From positions 1 through 36,024 of IMG/VR virus record IMGVR_UViG_3300032269_001237: a stretch of DNA of 36,024 bases; one strand, written 5' to 3'. Both the position numbers and the translations under genes were made by a program. Below are positions 15,873 to 25,724 of the stretch, piece after piece; within the stretch, counting starts at the first letter, position 1; the number at the start of each line of letters is the position of its first letter. Source of the DNA: a virus (lineage: Duplodnaviria > Caudoviricetes). The notes below the pieces were generated by a model that was not told the DNA's origin, searched no databases, and saw nothing but the letters and a program-made list of their open reading frames with translations.

Positions 15873-17738
15873 ATGGAAGCTTTGCACAAACTTTTAGATG
15901 AGGCGGGACTCTCTGAGCCAGCTTGGGCAAAAGATGAGGAGATTTGGGCTAAGGCAAAAAAAGCCGCTCAAAAATCTCAACCCGACGACCTCTACGCACT
16001 AACAACTTATTTATACCAAAAGATGGGTGGGCAAATTGTTTCAAAAGAAGCAGACAAGACGGGCGTCAAAGCCCCGTTCTGGTTTTACGGTGTGGAAGCT
16101 TTTAATTCTAAAAAAGCTGAGGCAAGGCCTGAAGTTGTGGCTCAAGTTGCAGCACCGAAACTTGCAGATGATGAGGCCCAAAAGCTTTTAATTGCGGCAC
16201 CTGACATGCCGGCGGCTACCCTACTCAATGCGCTCAAGTCAAAAGGAATTAAACTAGTCGACGACAAGGAAAACCTCGAGGCAGACAGCACAACGAGTGC
16301 GGTAGCCGTCACGCGTGCAGGCGCTAAAAAAGAATCCGCTCTTAATCTTTATTCAAGGGTATCTTTCCAAGAGGGAAGCCACACCCAAACTAAAAACGCA
16401 GGGGTTGGCCCCATTCGTTTCAAGGTCGCTCTCATTCAAGAGGGCTTAGGGAATATGCGGGATGGCTTTTTCTACGGAAAAGAGGCCATTCAATCCGGAA
16501 TCCAAGCTTTTGAGGGTCGCAAGTGCTTTGCAGATCATCCGTCTCAGAGTGAAGAGCAAGACCGCCCCGAGCGTTCAGTGAGAGACATCATCGGGCATTT
16601 TGAGAACGTGGCAGTAGAGGAGAATGAAGACAAGTCACTCTCTCTTGTTGCTGATTTAGTCATGCCGCCTGACCCCCCCTTCGAGTGGGCACGCGCACTA
16701 GTGAGACAGGCCGCTGATTACAACAAGAAATACCCCGAGCAAAACCTAGTCGGTCTCTCGATCAATGCAAGTGGGGATGCTCAAGAAATACCGTGGGATC
16801 AATTTTTAAAATCTTATGACTTGCCGGAATCCTGCAAACCTAAGCTCATGAGTGCAAAAGAAAACGGAATGGACAGCATCCGTTTAGTTTCTACGATTAA
16901 AGACGCTGTTAGTTGTGACCTTGTGACCGAGCCCGGCGCTAAGGGCAAGGTAATTGATATCATCGAAAACGAAAGCCCAAAGGAGACGGGACAAATGAAA
17001 ATGAAGCAAGAAGAGAAAAAAGGAAAAATTGAGGCCGAAGAAGAAAAGAAAATGATGATGGCCGAAGAGGAAGAAGAAGAAGAGAAAAAAGAATCCTCTG
17101 AACAAGAAGACGAAGCCGACGACGCCAAGGCCGACGACAAAGGCGACGAAGACCATGCCGACGAAGAGCAAGACAAAAAGCTCATCATGGACATGATCAA
17201 AAAGCATATGGGCGATGACGGCGAGATGGAAGATGAGCACGAAGCAGCCGCTATGGAAGCTTACGAAGCCTACAAAGCCATGGGCGAGTCAGAAGACGAA
17301 GCCATGAAGTGCGCTGGTAAAGCCATGAAACTGGCTAAGCACATGGCCGCAAAACGCCGTGAAGCTGAAGAAGGAAAATGCGAAGCCGAAGAAGAAAAAC
17401 ATGAGTCTGATATTTTGCCTAAAGGTAAAAAAGAATCAGAAGTCAAAATGCAGGCTCGCATCGCATTCTTAGAGCGTGAACTCAAAACCCGTGATCTTGC
17501 AGACCTGTTAGACAAGAAGCTCAAGGAATCAGGTCTTGCACGCGCTGAAACCGATAAGATCCGAAAAATCATCGGCACTGCAAAGAGCGAAGCTGAGATC
17601 ACAAAAACCATTCGAATTTTTAAAGAAGCTTTCTCTTCTCGAAGTGAGTCGAGCAAGGGCTCAAGCTTTTTTGTCACCTCAACCGAAAAAGCAATTGCAC
17701 CTCAAAAGAAAAGCAAAGTTTCTTTTGGCGATTGTTAA
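15873..17738 (+). CDS. Prohead protease fused to acidic scaffold domain
   Basis: Candidate catalytic triad FADHP / VGLSINASG / SCDLVTEPG; long E/D/K-rich helical C-terminus. Confidence 0.8.
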   Translation: MEALHKLLDEAGLSEPAWAKDEEIWAKAKKAAQKSQPDDLYALTTYLYQKMGGQIVSKEADKTGVKAPFWFYGVEAFNSKKAEARPEVVAQVAAPKLADDEAQKLLIAAPDMPAATLLNALKSKGIKLVDDKENLEADSTTSAVAVTRAGAKKESALNLYSRVSFQEGSHTQTKNAGVGPIRFKVALIQEGLGNMRDGFFYGKEAIQSGIQAFEGRKCFADHPSQSEEQDRPERSVRDIIGHFENVAVEENEDKSLSLVADLVMPPDPPFEWARALVRQAADYNKKYPEQNLVGLSINASGDAQEIPWDQFLKSYDLPESCKPKLMSAKENGMDSIRLVSTIKDAVSCDLVTEPGAKGKVIDIIENESPKETGQMKMKQEEKKGKIEAEEEKKMMMAEEEEEEEKKESSEQEDEADDAKADDKGDEDHADEEQDKKLIMDMIKKHMGDDGEMEDEHEAAAMEAYEAYKAMGESEDEAMKCAGKAMKLAKHMAAKRREAEEGKCEAEEEKHESDILPKGKKESEVKMQARIAFLERELKTRDLADLLDKKLKESGLARAETDKIRKIIGTAKSEAEITKTIRIFKEAFSSRSESSKGSSFFVTSTEKAIAPQKKSKVSFGDC

Positions 17739-17762
17739 TCATTAACTTAAAGGAAAATAAAA

Positions 17763-18239
17763 ATGGCAACGACAGCTAAAAATCGTATTGTCCGTCAGGT
17801 TGCACCGAACTCGGTGTTTCCTGACCTCACTTCCCTTGTGTCCTCGGCTTGCACCTGGAATCAGGGAGACCTCTTGTATCTCGACACAGCAACTCACTTA
17901 GTGAAGCCTTTGGATACTGATAACCATGCTCAGTATCAGCTAGGGATTGCAGTTCAGTCTGTAGTCGCTGGCAAGCCTAAAGCAGTTTACACCGGCACGG
18001 CTGTGGACGGATCTACCGCAATTGAAGCTTTAGCTGGCCCCGTGTTTCACGTGGTTGCTAAGATGAAATTGAAATCCGGTGATTCCTTCGTTCCAGGCGC
18101 AGTCGTTTATTACGGCGGCGATGCTCAGACGGTATCTGTAACCGGAACTTATGACGTCGGCGTGTATCAAGGCCCTGCTTTGACCGCTGCTAGCGGATCT
18201 GAAGGTAATGTTTACCTGTCCGCTCCAACCATTTCATAA
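17763..18239 (+). CDS. Capsid decoration/cement protein
   Basis: 158 aa, Gly/Val-rich, between scaffold and major capsid genes; GD..Y and LGIA motifs. Confidence 0.65.
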   Translation: MATTAKNRIVRQVAPNSVFPDLTSLVSSACTWNQGDLLYLDTATHLVKPLDTDNHAQYQLGIAVQSVVAGKPKAVYTGTAVDGSTAIEALAGPVFHVVAKMKLKSGDSFVPGAVVYYGGDAQTVSVTGTYDVGVYQGPALTAASGSEGNVYLSAPTIS

Positions 18240-18252
18240 TAGGTGATTAAAT

Positions 18253-19431
18253 ATGAGCACAATTAAATTAAGCATGAGAAATAGTGCCGAAGAGAACCGA
18301 GAAGTTCTCAAGGCTTGTACGTGGGCATCTGAAGACGAAAAGTCTCTTCGTGAGTCCATTCAACGAGGTTTAGGCGTAGACGTCTGTAACCCTGCTGAGT
18401 TCCCCGTTCACAAAAGAACATGGAGCTTCAAAAAAGCACGACAGAAGTTGACCGAAGCTGATTCGGTGACTTTGTTCCCTCAAGTTCTTCGCGCAGGCGT
18501 TCAAAGCATCGTCAACTCGATGTACGAGACCGTGCCTACGACTTTTGAGAACTGGACTCACACGGTTCAATCCTCTAAACTAGAGGAACTCTATGCTCCC
18601 CTTCATGGCGTGGGTTTCCCCGGTGCTATCGGTGAGCAAGAAGTCTATCCAGAAGTCGGCGCAGCTGGCTTGGACTTAAAACTCCGCAACAAAAAGTTCG
18701 GTACCCTCTTTGCAGTTTCGAAAGAATTACTAGAAGACGATCAGACCGGACAGTTCCAGAAGCAAAGCGGACTTCTCGGTCAGTACGCTAAGCAGGTTCT
18801 CGAAGTTCTTGCTTACGGTAAATTAGCTTCTGTAGCTAACATGTCCTACGGCGGGCTTTCTATCCCTGTCTCTGAAACTCAGCCAGCGGATGAGTCCACC
18901 TACCCTTGGTCAACTGCTTTGGTCGGCGGCGGCGCTACTCGCCCTGCTTCCTACGGTGCATTGAATCAAGCAAATATTCAAAGTGCTTTCGTGGCTCTCA
19001 TGAATCAAAAGAACTTGTTAGGCCTCAAGATGAACGTTCAGCCTGACAAGATCCTCTGTGGACCGACACAGACATTCGACTTGTCTGTTCTGCTTCACTC
19101 TGCCTACTACCCAACGGGTGCAACAGCTGGACAGACCGGCGGCGCTTTTTCGATCAACCCAATCGAAGGCATTGCTGAGAAGGTAGTCAGCCGATTCATG
19201 TTCGACAACTCGGGCGCCGTCACTGGTAGCTCAAAAGCCTGGTACTTGGTTGATTCCAAGGTCCCATGGTTCGTCGTTCAGGTTCGTGAAGCTGCAGTCG
19301 TAGAACTTGAGAACCCTCAATCGGGTCAGTCCTTTGACCGTGACGTTGTGCGCTTCAAGTTGCGTCTACGATCGAACGCTGACTTCATTGATCCTCGTTA
19401 CGCATTCCAGGGCAACGACGGCTCAGTCTAA
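18253..19431 (+). CDS. Major capsid protein (HK97 fold, Mu gpT-like)
   Basis: E..VYPE...KFG..F.VSKELLEDD...; ends DFIDPRYAFQ; position in the head operon. Confidence 0.85.
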   Translation: MSTIKLSMRNSAEENREVLKACTWASEDEKSLRESIQRGLGVDVCNPAEFPVHKRTWSFKKARQKLTEADSVTLFPQVLRAGVQSIVNSMYETVPTTFENWTHTVQSSKLEELYAPLHGVGFPGAIGEQEVYPEVGAAGLDLKLRNKKFGTLFAVSKELLEDDQTGQFQKQSGLLGQYAKQVLEVLAYGKLASVANMSYGGLSIPVSETQPADESTYPWSTALVGGGATRPASYGALNQANIQSAFVALMNQKNLLGLKMNVQPDKILCGPTQTFDLSVLLHSAYYPTGATAGQTGGAFSINPIEGIAEKVVSRFMFDNSGAVTGSSKAWYLVDSKVPWFVVQVREAAVVELENPQSGQSFDRDVVRFKLRLRSNADFIDPRYAFQGNDGSV

Positions 19432-19447
19432 TGATTTAATTCTTGCT

Positions 19448-19476
19448 TGGGGGGTGTGGGTAATCCACACTCCCCA
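19448..19476 (+). terminator. Strong hairpin after the capsid gene (no U-tract; stabiliser or weak terminator)
   Basis: TGGGGGGTGTGG-GTAAT-CCACACTCCCCA, 12-bp stem. Confidence 0.55.
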
Positions 19477-19490
19477 TACAGGAGTGACTC

Positions 19491-19922
19491 ATGCCGAAAA
19501 AAAAAGCGTCTCAGCATTCGTTAACCATCATCCCCCCCGGTGAGCCCTTTGAGTCTCCGAGGGAGAGAATAGAAATTGAGAGGGCTGAAAAAATCCCTAC
19601 CCCGGTTCAACAATTCAAGACGCTTCCTGAGCAAATTGCTAAGTCTAAAGTCGTTTTTAAAAATTGGTACGTGCCCGAGATTAGAGAGAAGTATAAAAAC
19701 TTCGACCGAATGAAACGAATTGACCTCGTATTCCCGTACGCAAAAATCGGGATTGAGGCGACGCACACGCAGACCCTGCTTATTGATACGCCAAAGACTG
19801 AGCAAGAGGTTGAGCAGTGCAATTTGAAATTAAAGATTTTAAAGGATTTAGGTTATAAATATTGTTGGGTTGACGAAACGAGTACACTTTTTGACGCGTT
19901 AACTCAGTTGGGGGAGAATTAA
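19491..19922 (+). CDS. Hypothetical protein, possible degenerate DUF559/Vsr-like endonuclease fold
   Basis: RIDLVFPYAKIGIE...K...LKDLGYKY pattern; AGGAG RBS. Confidence 0.5.
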   Translation: MPKKKASQHSLTIIPPGEPFESPRERIEIERAEKIPTPVQQFKTLPEQIAKSKVVFKNWYVPEIREKYKNFDRMKRIDLVFPYAKIGIEATHTQTLLIDTPKTEQEVEQCNLKLKILKDLGYKYCWVDETSTLFDALTQLGEN

Positions 19923-19923
19923 A

Positions 19924-20586
19924 ATGGCCTGGACTACAGCTCTCGCTGATTCCCGAATGAAACTAAACGACGGACCAACTGATAAGATCCGTGCGTTCAA
20001 ACGAGTGCTAGGCCAGATTGACGGGACAAATACCCGTTTCAAAACTTTCGAATTTAGACGCGTCACAGATTTCACCACCGCTACCGGGTCACTCGGGGTG
20101 TACGTTGATCAAGTATTGCAACCGAGTGGGTATGTCGCAACCGATGACCCAACCAGTGGTTACTTTACGACGACGACCGCCCCAAGTGCATCTTCTGTAG
20201 TGGAAGCAACTTATTACGTTCAATACTTTTTAGACACGGAGATTCAGACATTCCTTCGATACTCCTCAAACTGGTTAGGTCTAGGCGATGACTACACCCA
20301 AATTCCGGGGGGGTTACAAGCTGCAGCGGTCTCCTACGTCGCAGCGGAAGGCTATCAAAAGCTTGCCAGTCGATTCTCTGAACACATGAGCGAGACCTTT
20401 CGACTTGAGGATATGCCGGACGTCGCAAGGCAAGCTCTCATTGCTGAGTGGAAGCAAGCGAGCGAGCATTCTAGGGATACGGCCCATAAGTTACGAGATG
20501 AGTTTTACACCCGACAAGGACAATCCTTAGCGCCGCTCTTTGCTGTGAATCGCGGCTACGTGCCTAACGTGGTACCCAATAGGTAG
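19924..20586 (+). CDS. Head-tail adaptor-like protein with inserted beta module
   Basis: Position; YFLDTEIQ.FL adaptor-like motif; insert G.IDGTN..F.....VYVD.V.Q...F.TAP. Confidence 0.55.
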   Translation: MAWTTALADSRMKLNDGPTDKIRAFKRVLGQIDGTNTRFKTFEFRRVTDFTTATGSLGVYVDQVLQPSGYVATDDPTSGYFTTTTAPSASSVVEATYYVQYFLDTEIQTFLRYSSNWLGLGDDYTQIPGGLQAAAVSYVAAEGYQKLASRFSEHMSETFRLEDMPDVARQALIAEWKQASEHSRDTAHKLRDEFYTRQGQSLAPLFAVNRGYVPNVVPNR

Positions 20587-20587
20587 T

Positions 20588-21124
20588 ATGGCAACGGGGA
20601 TTACACGCACGGAGAAAGGCATTACCGATCGCTTAGACGGGATGCTAAATCGCTCAAAGGGTTTGCGCTCGTTTTTAAATCGTAATATCTACCGCATGTA
20701 TCAAGACGTTCAAAAAGAGCGGTGGATGACTGAGAACGTAAGTGAAGGTACTAAATGGAAAGAAAACAGTAGTTTTCCAACCTTTGCTAATTGGGAACCT
20801 GAAGGGAGTCCTTTTAGAAAGTTTTGGCCGCAAGGATATGCCCAATATAAACTTTACAAGTATCAAAACGCTCCCCTAAAAGGCCGAAGTGTCATGGTCG
20901 CAACGGGGGATTTATTCCAGAGTGTCATAGGACCGGGTAAAGGATTTAGAAAAGTAATTGAAGATCGATCGATTACCATCTTGACTTCAATTCCTTATGC
21001 CAAGGACGCAGATGATGTTCGAACCTTTACGACGTATAGCCTACAAACAAGAAAACGTTTTCGAAAAGCCATTGCCCAGTTTGTTTTTAATAACTTCTTA
21101 TTCGATATTCAGAGGGTCACATGA
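20588..21124 (+). CDS. Virion morphogenesis/neck protein (Mu gpG-like)
   Basis: ER....G.KW...TG.L.QS...T.IPYA pattern; position between adaptor and tail terminator. Confidence 0.55.
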   Translation: MATGITRTEKGITDRLDGMLNRSKGLRSFLNRNIYRMYQDVQKERWMTENVSEGTKWKENSSFPTFANWEPEGSPFRKFWPQGYAQYKLYKYQNAPLKGRSVMVATGDLFQSVIGPGKGFRKVIEDRSITILTSIPYAKDADDVRTFTTYSLQTRKRFRKAIAQFVFNNFLFDIQRVT

Positions 21125-21633
21125 GCACACGGCATTTAGTAGAAATTTGCGTCCGTGGCATTCAGGCTCAACTTGAGGCAAACCTACCCGCTGCTTTGAA
21201 TGATATTAGGACGAACCGGAATGACAACTTTGTCACCATGGAACCCCCCCGCGATTATTTCGTTTACCCGAAGGCCATGGGCTACCGAACGCCCGCTGTG
21301 TTTATCATTGGGGATCGGATTGATTTCCAGAAGCGTGCGACAGCCGCAAATCATATTAACGCAAATTGCAGGGTGAATATTACCGTCTTGGTTGAAGATA
21401 AAGACTCTGAGCGTATTATGATCAAGTCTTATCGTTATCAAGCTGCGATTCATGAGGTCTTAGATCAGACGCAGTTTAGTAGCTCAGACAACAAAAGTAA
21501 GGTGACCCTAGTCATTCAAGGGGCAAGTTTTTCCCCGCTTTACACGAATGCAGGCAACACAGGAGATCCACAGACGGTTTTTCGAAGAGAAATCGCCTTG
21601 GAGGTAGATTGTTATATTTTTGAACAGCTTTAA
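21121..21633 (+). CDS. Tail terminator-like protein
   Basis: 170 aa directly before the tail tube gene; PAVFI motif. Confidence 0.5.
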   Translation: MSTRHLVEICVRGIQAQLEANLPAALNDIRTNRNDNFVTMEPPRDYFVYPKAMGYRTPAVFIIGDRIDFQKRATAANHINANCRVNITVLVEDKDSERIMIKSYRYQAAIHEVLDQTQFSSSDNKSKVTLVIQGASFSPLYTNAGNTGDPQTVFRREIALEVDCYIFEQL

Positions 21634-21648
21634 AAAAGGAGACTGAAA

Positions 21649-22188
21649 ATGTCGAACGCAGTAGTCACAACTTCAAATATGGAATTAACCCCAATGCGGG
21701 TAACCTACGCCGGACTAGATCTCGGCGGAACCATGGCGAACGTATCAATCGCGGCAAAATACTCAAAGGCAAATATCGTAGCCGATCAGAGCGGTACGAC
21801 CGTGAGAGATCGCCGAGTCAATGGTTTAGAAATCACCGTGACGACCGAACTCAGCGAAGTTCAATTTAAGAACAACTGGAAAGTCGTATTCCCACACGCA
21901 ACCAAACTAGGCACCGGAAATGCGGGATTAGCTGCTATTGATTTCAATTCCGCTGTGGGTGATGGGGATTTGAGCCATGCCGGTCTGCTCGTTTTGCACC
22001 CTTTGTCGAAAGCAGACAGCGACCTGTCGAGCGATTACAATTTCTATAAGGCCGTCGCATCCGCTGAATCGACTATTGTCTATGGACCGAGCGAGCAAGC
22101 TAGGTTAAAGATTGTGTGGAATATTTTACCCGATGATAGCGTGACGCCTAATAAGTTTTTCCGTTATGGTGACCCAGCTGTAGTTTAA
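21649..22188 (+). CDS. Major tail tube protein
   Basis: V...G.DLGGT.......DQ.G...D....G....VT..L.E pattern; AAGGAG RBS; precedes chaperones and tape measure. Confidence 0.75.
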   Translation: MSNAVVTTSNMELTPMRVTYAGLDLGGTMANVSIAAKYSKANIVADQSGTTVRDRRVNGLEITVTTELSEVQFKNNWKVVFPHATKLGTGNAGLAAIDFNSAVGDGDLSHAGLLVLHPLSKADSDLSSDYNFYKAVASAESTIVYGPSEQARLKIVWNILPDDSVTPNKFFRYGDPAVV

Positions 22189-22198
22189 GGAACCTTAA

Positions 22199-22597
22199 AT
22201 GAGTCTATTTTTTAAAAAGCCGCAAGCTGAACAGAAACCCGCAATCCTCATGCGTGACTTTGATAAGCTAGTCGCGCAGGCGGTTTCTTTCAAATTGCAC
22301 GGTAAAGTCCACATCATGAATCCGGTTACGGTTTTGGAGTTCTGGAAATTCTCCGAGGCTATGGCTCAGATTCAACTCTTGGCAACTCAAGAGGGCGTGA
22401 CGATCGATAGCTTAACGGAAGGCTATCTTGGACTCTTTCAGTCGGTATGCCCGAGCATTACACTGGAAGACGTAAAGAATATGACTCAACCTCAAATCGG
22501 GGCGCTCCTTCAATTCGTGGTGGACACGATCAAAGGGGCGTCCCAAGTTGAGGACTATTCCGCTCAAAAAAAAAATCTAGCGGAGTCGAATCAGTAG
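22199..22597 (+). CDS. Tail assembly chaperone (gpG-like)
   Basis: Between tail tube and tape measure; ends with an A10 slippery tract. Confidence 0.75.
   Translation: MSLFFKKPQAEQKPAILMRDFDKLVAQAVSFKLHGKVHIMNPVTVLEFWKFSEAMAQIQLLATQEGVTIDSLTEGYLGLFQSVCPSITLEDVKNMTQPQIGALLQFVVDTIKGASQVEDYSAQKKNLAESNQ
22566..22575 (+). other. Programmed -1 frameshift slippery site
   Basis: A10 run; the -1 frame is open from 22561 through stop 22929. Confidence 0.8.
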
Positions 22598-22614
22598 AAA
22601 TAAGCCCAGTCAGT

Positions 22615-22929
22615 TTGACGGTTGAGGCTATCAATCTATTTGGATGGTCGGTTGAAACCATTTTAGCAATGCCCGCGATTCGGTTTTTTGCCCTTCTCGA
22701 TGAGGGAAGGAAGCAATCCCGCGAGGCTCGCGCCCGTGAGCATGTCGCTCAATGTGATATTCAATCTATTTCTTTAGGAAATCCCGAGTACTTTGAAAAA
22801 GTAAGAAAAGTATTTTACGATCGAGCAATGGGCATTGAGGGGAAACCAAAAACGGCTTTAGATCCAACCGACCCGCTCACAGTGGGGTTAGTTGAATCTC
22901 TCACGCTTGAAGCGTCTCGGGTGAACTAA
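22615..22929 (+). CDS. Tail assembly chaperone, frameshifted extension (gpT-like)
   Basis: FGWS.E.IL.MP..RF motif; lies in the -1 frame of the upstream gene; no obvious own RBS. Confidence 0.75.
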   Translation: MTVEAINLFGWSVETILAMPAIRFFALLDEGRKQSREARAREHVAQCDIQSISLGNPEYFEKVRKVFYDRAMGIEGKPKTALDPTDPLTVGLVESLTLEASRVN

Positions 22930-24950
22930 TGGCCGATGACAGAGAGATATTTAAATTAGACTTAGACTCTAAAGATTTTATCGCGAACGCAAAAGAGGCT
23001 CAAAAAGCGTTGAGCGATATTGCAGACGCTGAATCCCTGACAAAACTAGTTTCAACTATTGGAAACGCTACATTAGGACTTGCCGCCGTTGCGACCGCTG
23101 CGTACGGGTTTAAAAAGGCCCTGGATTTTGTAGAAGAGGCCGAAGCAATTAAGCGCGTCAATGCTCAGTTTGAGATGCTGACTGCTAATGCTGGCATTGC
23201 ATCCGACACTTTGAAGGAAGGGTTAGAGAAAGCCGCCGCTGGGTTAGTCGATACAGAAGACTTGCTTCAAGCCGCTAACAAAGCATTGGTTACCATGGGA
23301 GGCAGCGCCGAGAAGCTTCCCCAACTTTTAGAGGCTGCCCGTAATTCGACTTTAGTCTTCGGGGGTACACTTACCCAAAACTTTGAAGCGTTAAATCAAG
23401 CCATTGCAACCGGTCAGACCCGAGCCTTGCGGCATTTGGGAATCATTATTGATTCTCAAAAAGCTTACCGCGACTACGCTGACTCAATTGGGGTGACCGT
23501 CTCGGCCCTCGATGAGACTGAGAAAAAACAGGCTATTTTAAATGCGGTTCTTGAGAAATCGCAAAGCACGTTTAAAAATAATCAACTTAGTACCAATGAC
23601 GCGACCTTCAGCGTTCAAAAGCTGAGTGTATCGCTTAAGGAACTTAAAGACACGTTCGTCCTAGCTTTTGATAGAACCATAGGCCCGTCTCTTAGATCCT
23701 CAATGGCCTCTCTTGCTGATTTTGCCAAGGGTGCGGCTCAAGTTTTTGCGGGTGAATTTGGTACGGTAGAGCAACAAACTGATTATCAAATTCAGCGCAC
23801 TGAAAGCAGAATTAAGTCTCTCACCGATCGCCTTTCTAAAATGGACGCGCCGCCCGAGGGGTTTTGGGGCAAGCTATTTGCGCCGAATGAAAAAGCTAAG
23901 GCTCGAATTCAAAGCCTACTCGATGAGAGTCAAGCCAAGCTAGAGGAGCTCAAAGCCAGACGTGAGCAAATGGTTGAAGACAAGGGCGCAGCTGCCCCTG
24001 GTGCTCCAGCCATTGAAGATGATTCGGGACGAAACGCAAAACGATTAGCAGAAAAATCTAAGTTTGAGGCAAGCCTACAAGAACTTACTCTACAGCGAAT
24101 CAAGAGCGAGGAAGAGGTCGCTACTTCAGTTGCTCAAATCAATACCGAGCAAGATGAGAAAATCATTGCAACGCGTCAACTTAGAGACGCAAAGCTTAGA
24201 GAATTAGACGCTCAAAGGGCACTGCAAGAGATTGCAACTGATGAGGAGTTGAACCTCAAAAAGCAAGAGCTCACCGCTAGAACAGACGCTGAGATTGTAA
24301 AGATTCAAGAGGAGACCGACCAAAAACGGATTGAATCTCTTAGGCGATTTGCTGAGTACAACAAATCAACTATGGCAGGGTTTACCGGCTCAATGCGTGC
24401 GGCAAGTGCCCAAGCCGCAGCTGACATGCAGAACTTCTCAAAACTTGGGTCTCAGTTCACCAATGCTTTCGCTCACAATGCCACAAGCGCCTTTAAAGCA
24501 ATTGGAGACGGATCAAAAAGCGCCGCTGATGCCATGGGCGGGTTTATGCTAGGCACCGTCGCTGATATGGCCGAGGCTTACGGCTCAGAGCTTTTACTCT
24601 CGGGTCTATGGCCGCCTAATCCTCTCGCGTTAGGTGCCGGGGCCGCCCTCATCACTTTATCGGGATTCTTACGTTCTAAAGCCGGTGGATCTAGTGCGGG
24701 CTTAGGTGCTCAAGCCGCTGCAAGCTCGGTCTCGGGTGCTACAACCGTTCCAAGTATGGACACGGGCGCGGCTCAGCCTGTTATGGCTGCCCCTAGTCTT
24801 CCCGCGTCAGCTGCTAAGCGCGAAGTGCAAGTTAATATTATGGGCCATTATTTTGAAACGCCAGAAACTAGGCGTATGCTTGTCGATATGCTGAGACAGG
24901 AAAGCGATTCAACTCAATTTACCATCGCTCAGATCGGACAGGGGGCGTAA
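22929..24950 (+). CDS. Tape measure protein
   Basis: 673 aa, Ala-rich helical/coiled-coil with hydrophobic segments; follows the chaperone pair. Confidence 0.85.
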   Translation: MADDREIFKLDLDSKDFIANAKEAQKALSDIADAESLTKLVSTIGNATLGLAAVATAAYGFKKALDFVEEAEAIKRVNAQFEMLTANAGIASDTLKEGLEKAAAGLVDTEDLLQAANKALVTMGGSAEKLPQLLEAARNSTLVFGGTLTQNFEALNQAIATGQTRALRHLGIIIDSQKAYRDYADSIGVTVSALDETEKKQAILNAVLEKSQSTFKNNQLSTNDATFSVQKLSVSLKELKDTFVLAFDRTIGPSLRSSMASLADFAKGAAQVFAGEFGTVEQQTDYQIQRTESRIKSLTDRLSKMDAPPEGFWGKLFAPNEKAKARIQSLLDESQAKLEELKARREQMVEDKGAAAPGAPAIEDDSGRNAKRLAEKSKFEASLQELTLQRIKSEEEVATSVAQINTEQDEKIIATRQLRDAKLRELDAQRALQEIATDEELNLKKQELTARTDAEIVKIQEETDQKRIESLRRFAEYNKSTMAGFTGSMRAASAQAAADMQNFSKLGSQFTNAFAHNATSAFKAIGDGSKSAADAMGGFMLGTVADMAEAYGSELLLSGLWPPNPLALGAGAALITLSGFLRSKAGGSSAGLGAQAAASSVSGATTVPSMDTGAAQPVMAAPSLPASAAKREVQVNIMGHYFETPETRRMLVDMLRQESDSTQFTIAQIGQGA

Positions 24951-25714
24951 TGGCACTCACGAGTAAAAGCTTATTTCTGTACGGCTTCACGGTCGATGCT
25001 TACAATGCTAACCTGACTTTTAATATCGGGGGGGCTGCCCTTTCCGGATATCTTCCTTATGGCAGTTATTCTCTCGATACGCTTTGTCAGGCCGTAGTGA
25101 CGCTCTTGTCTAGTTTGGCACCTTCACGGCTTTTTAGTTACTCGATTAATAGGACCGTGAGCGGAGGACTTGAAAACCGGGTGACTTTGACTTGCAGCAC
25201 CGGAACCTTTGGCATTGATTTTTCGGTGGCGGCTAGCATCGGGCCTACTCTTGGGTTTAATGCCTCAATTTATACGGGCTCACTCTCGTATACGGGAAGC
25301 GTGACGGCTGGGACTGCATTAGTTCCGGAGTTAGTCGGCTACACCTATTTAGGACCTGATTTTTATAAGGATATTAATGGAGCGGTAAACATATCAGCCA
25401 CAGGCTTAAAAGAGGCGATTGTTTTTCAAATCATGCAATTCATGCAAGTAGAATTTAAGTATGAGCCTCAAGCGAAGGTCATTACTCAATGGTCTCCTTT
25501 TTGGAACTGGGCGATTCAGCAAAAGGTATTTGAATTCACACCCCAAGTGAGTGACCCTACGACGTACTACGAGGTGACGCTTGAGAAGAGCTCAAGTAAT
25601 GGCAAGGGATTAGGTTTTAAAATGACTGAAATGCTGCCAAATTTTCCTTTTTATTACCAAACGGGAATGATCACGATGAGGCGGCAAATTAACCCAACTT
25701 TTATTACGGGATGA
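24950..25714 (+). CDS. Distal tail (Dit-like) protein
   Basis: Immediately after tape measure; beta-rich. Confidence 0.5.
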   Translation: MALTSKSLFLYGFTVDAYNANLTFNIGGAALSGYLPYGSYSLDTLCQAVVTLLSSLAPSRLFSYSINRTVSGGLENRVTLTCSTGTFGIDFSVAASIGPTLGFNASIYTGSLSYTGSVTAGTALVPELVGYTYLGPDFYKDINGAVNISATGLKEAIVFQIMQFMQVEFKYEPQAKVITQWSPFWNWAIQQKVFEFTPQVSDPTTYYEVTLEKSSSNGKGLGFKMTEMLPNFPFYYQTGMITMRRQINPTFITG

Positions 25715-25724
25715 GGGTATTCTT

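Noticed and set aside
16814-17677. Three minus-strand ORFs (128, 118 and 135 aa)
   Set aside because: Antisense shadows of the low-complexity E/D/K-rich scaffold region
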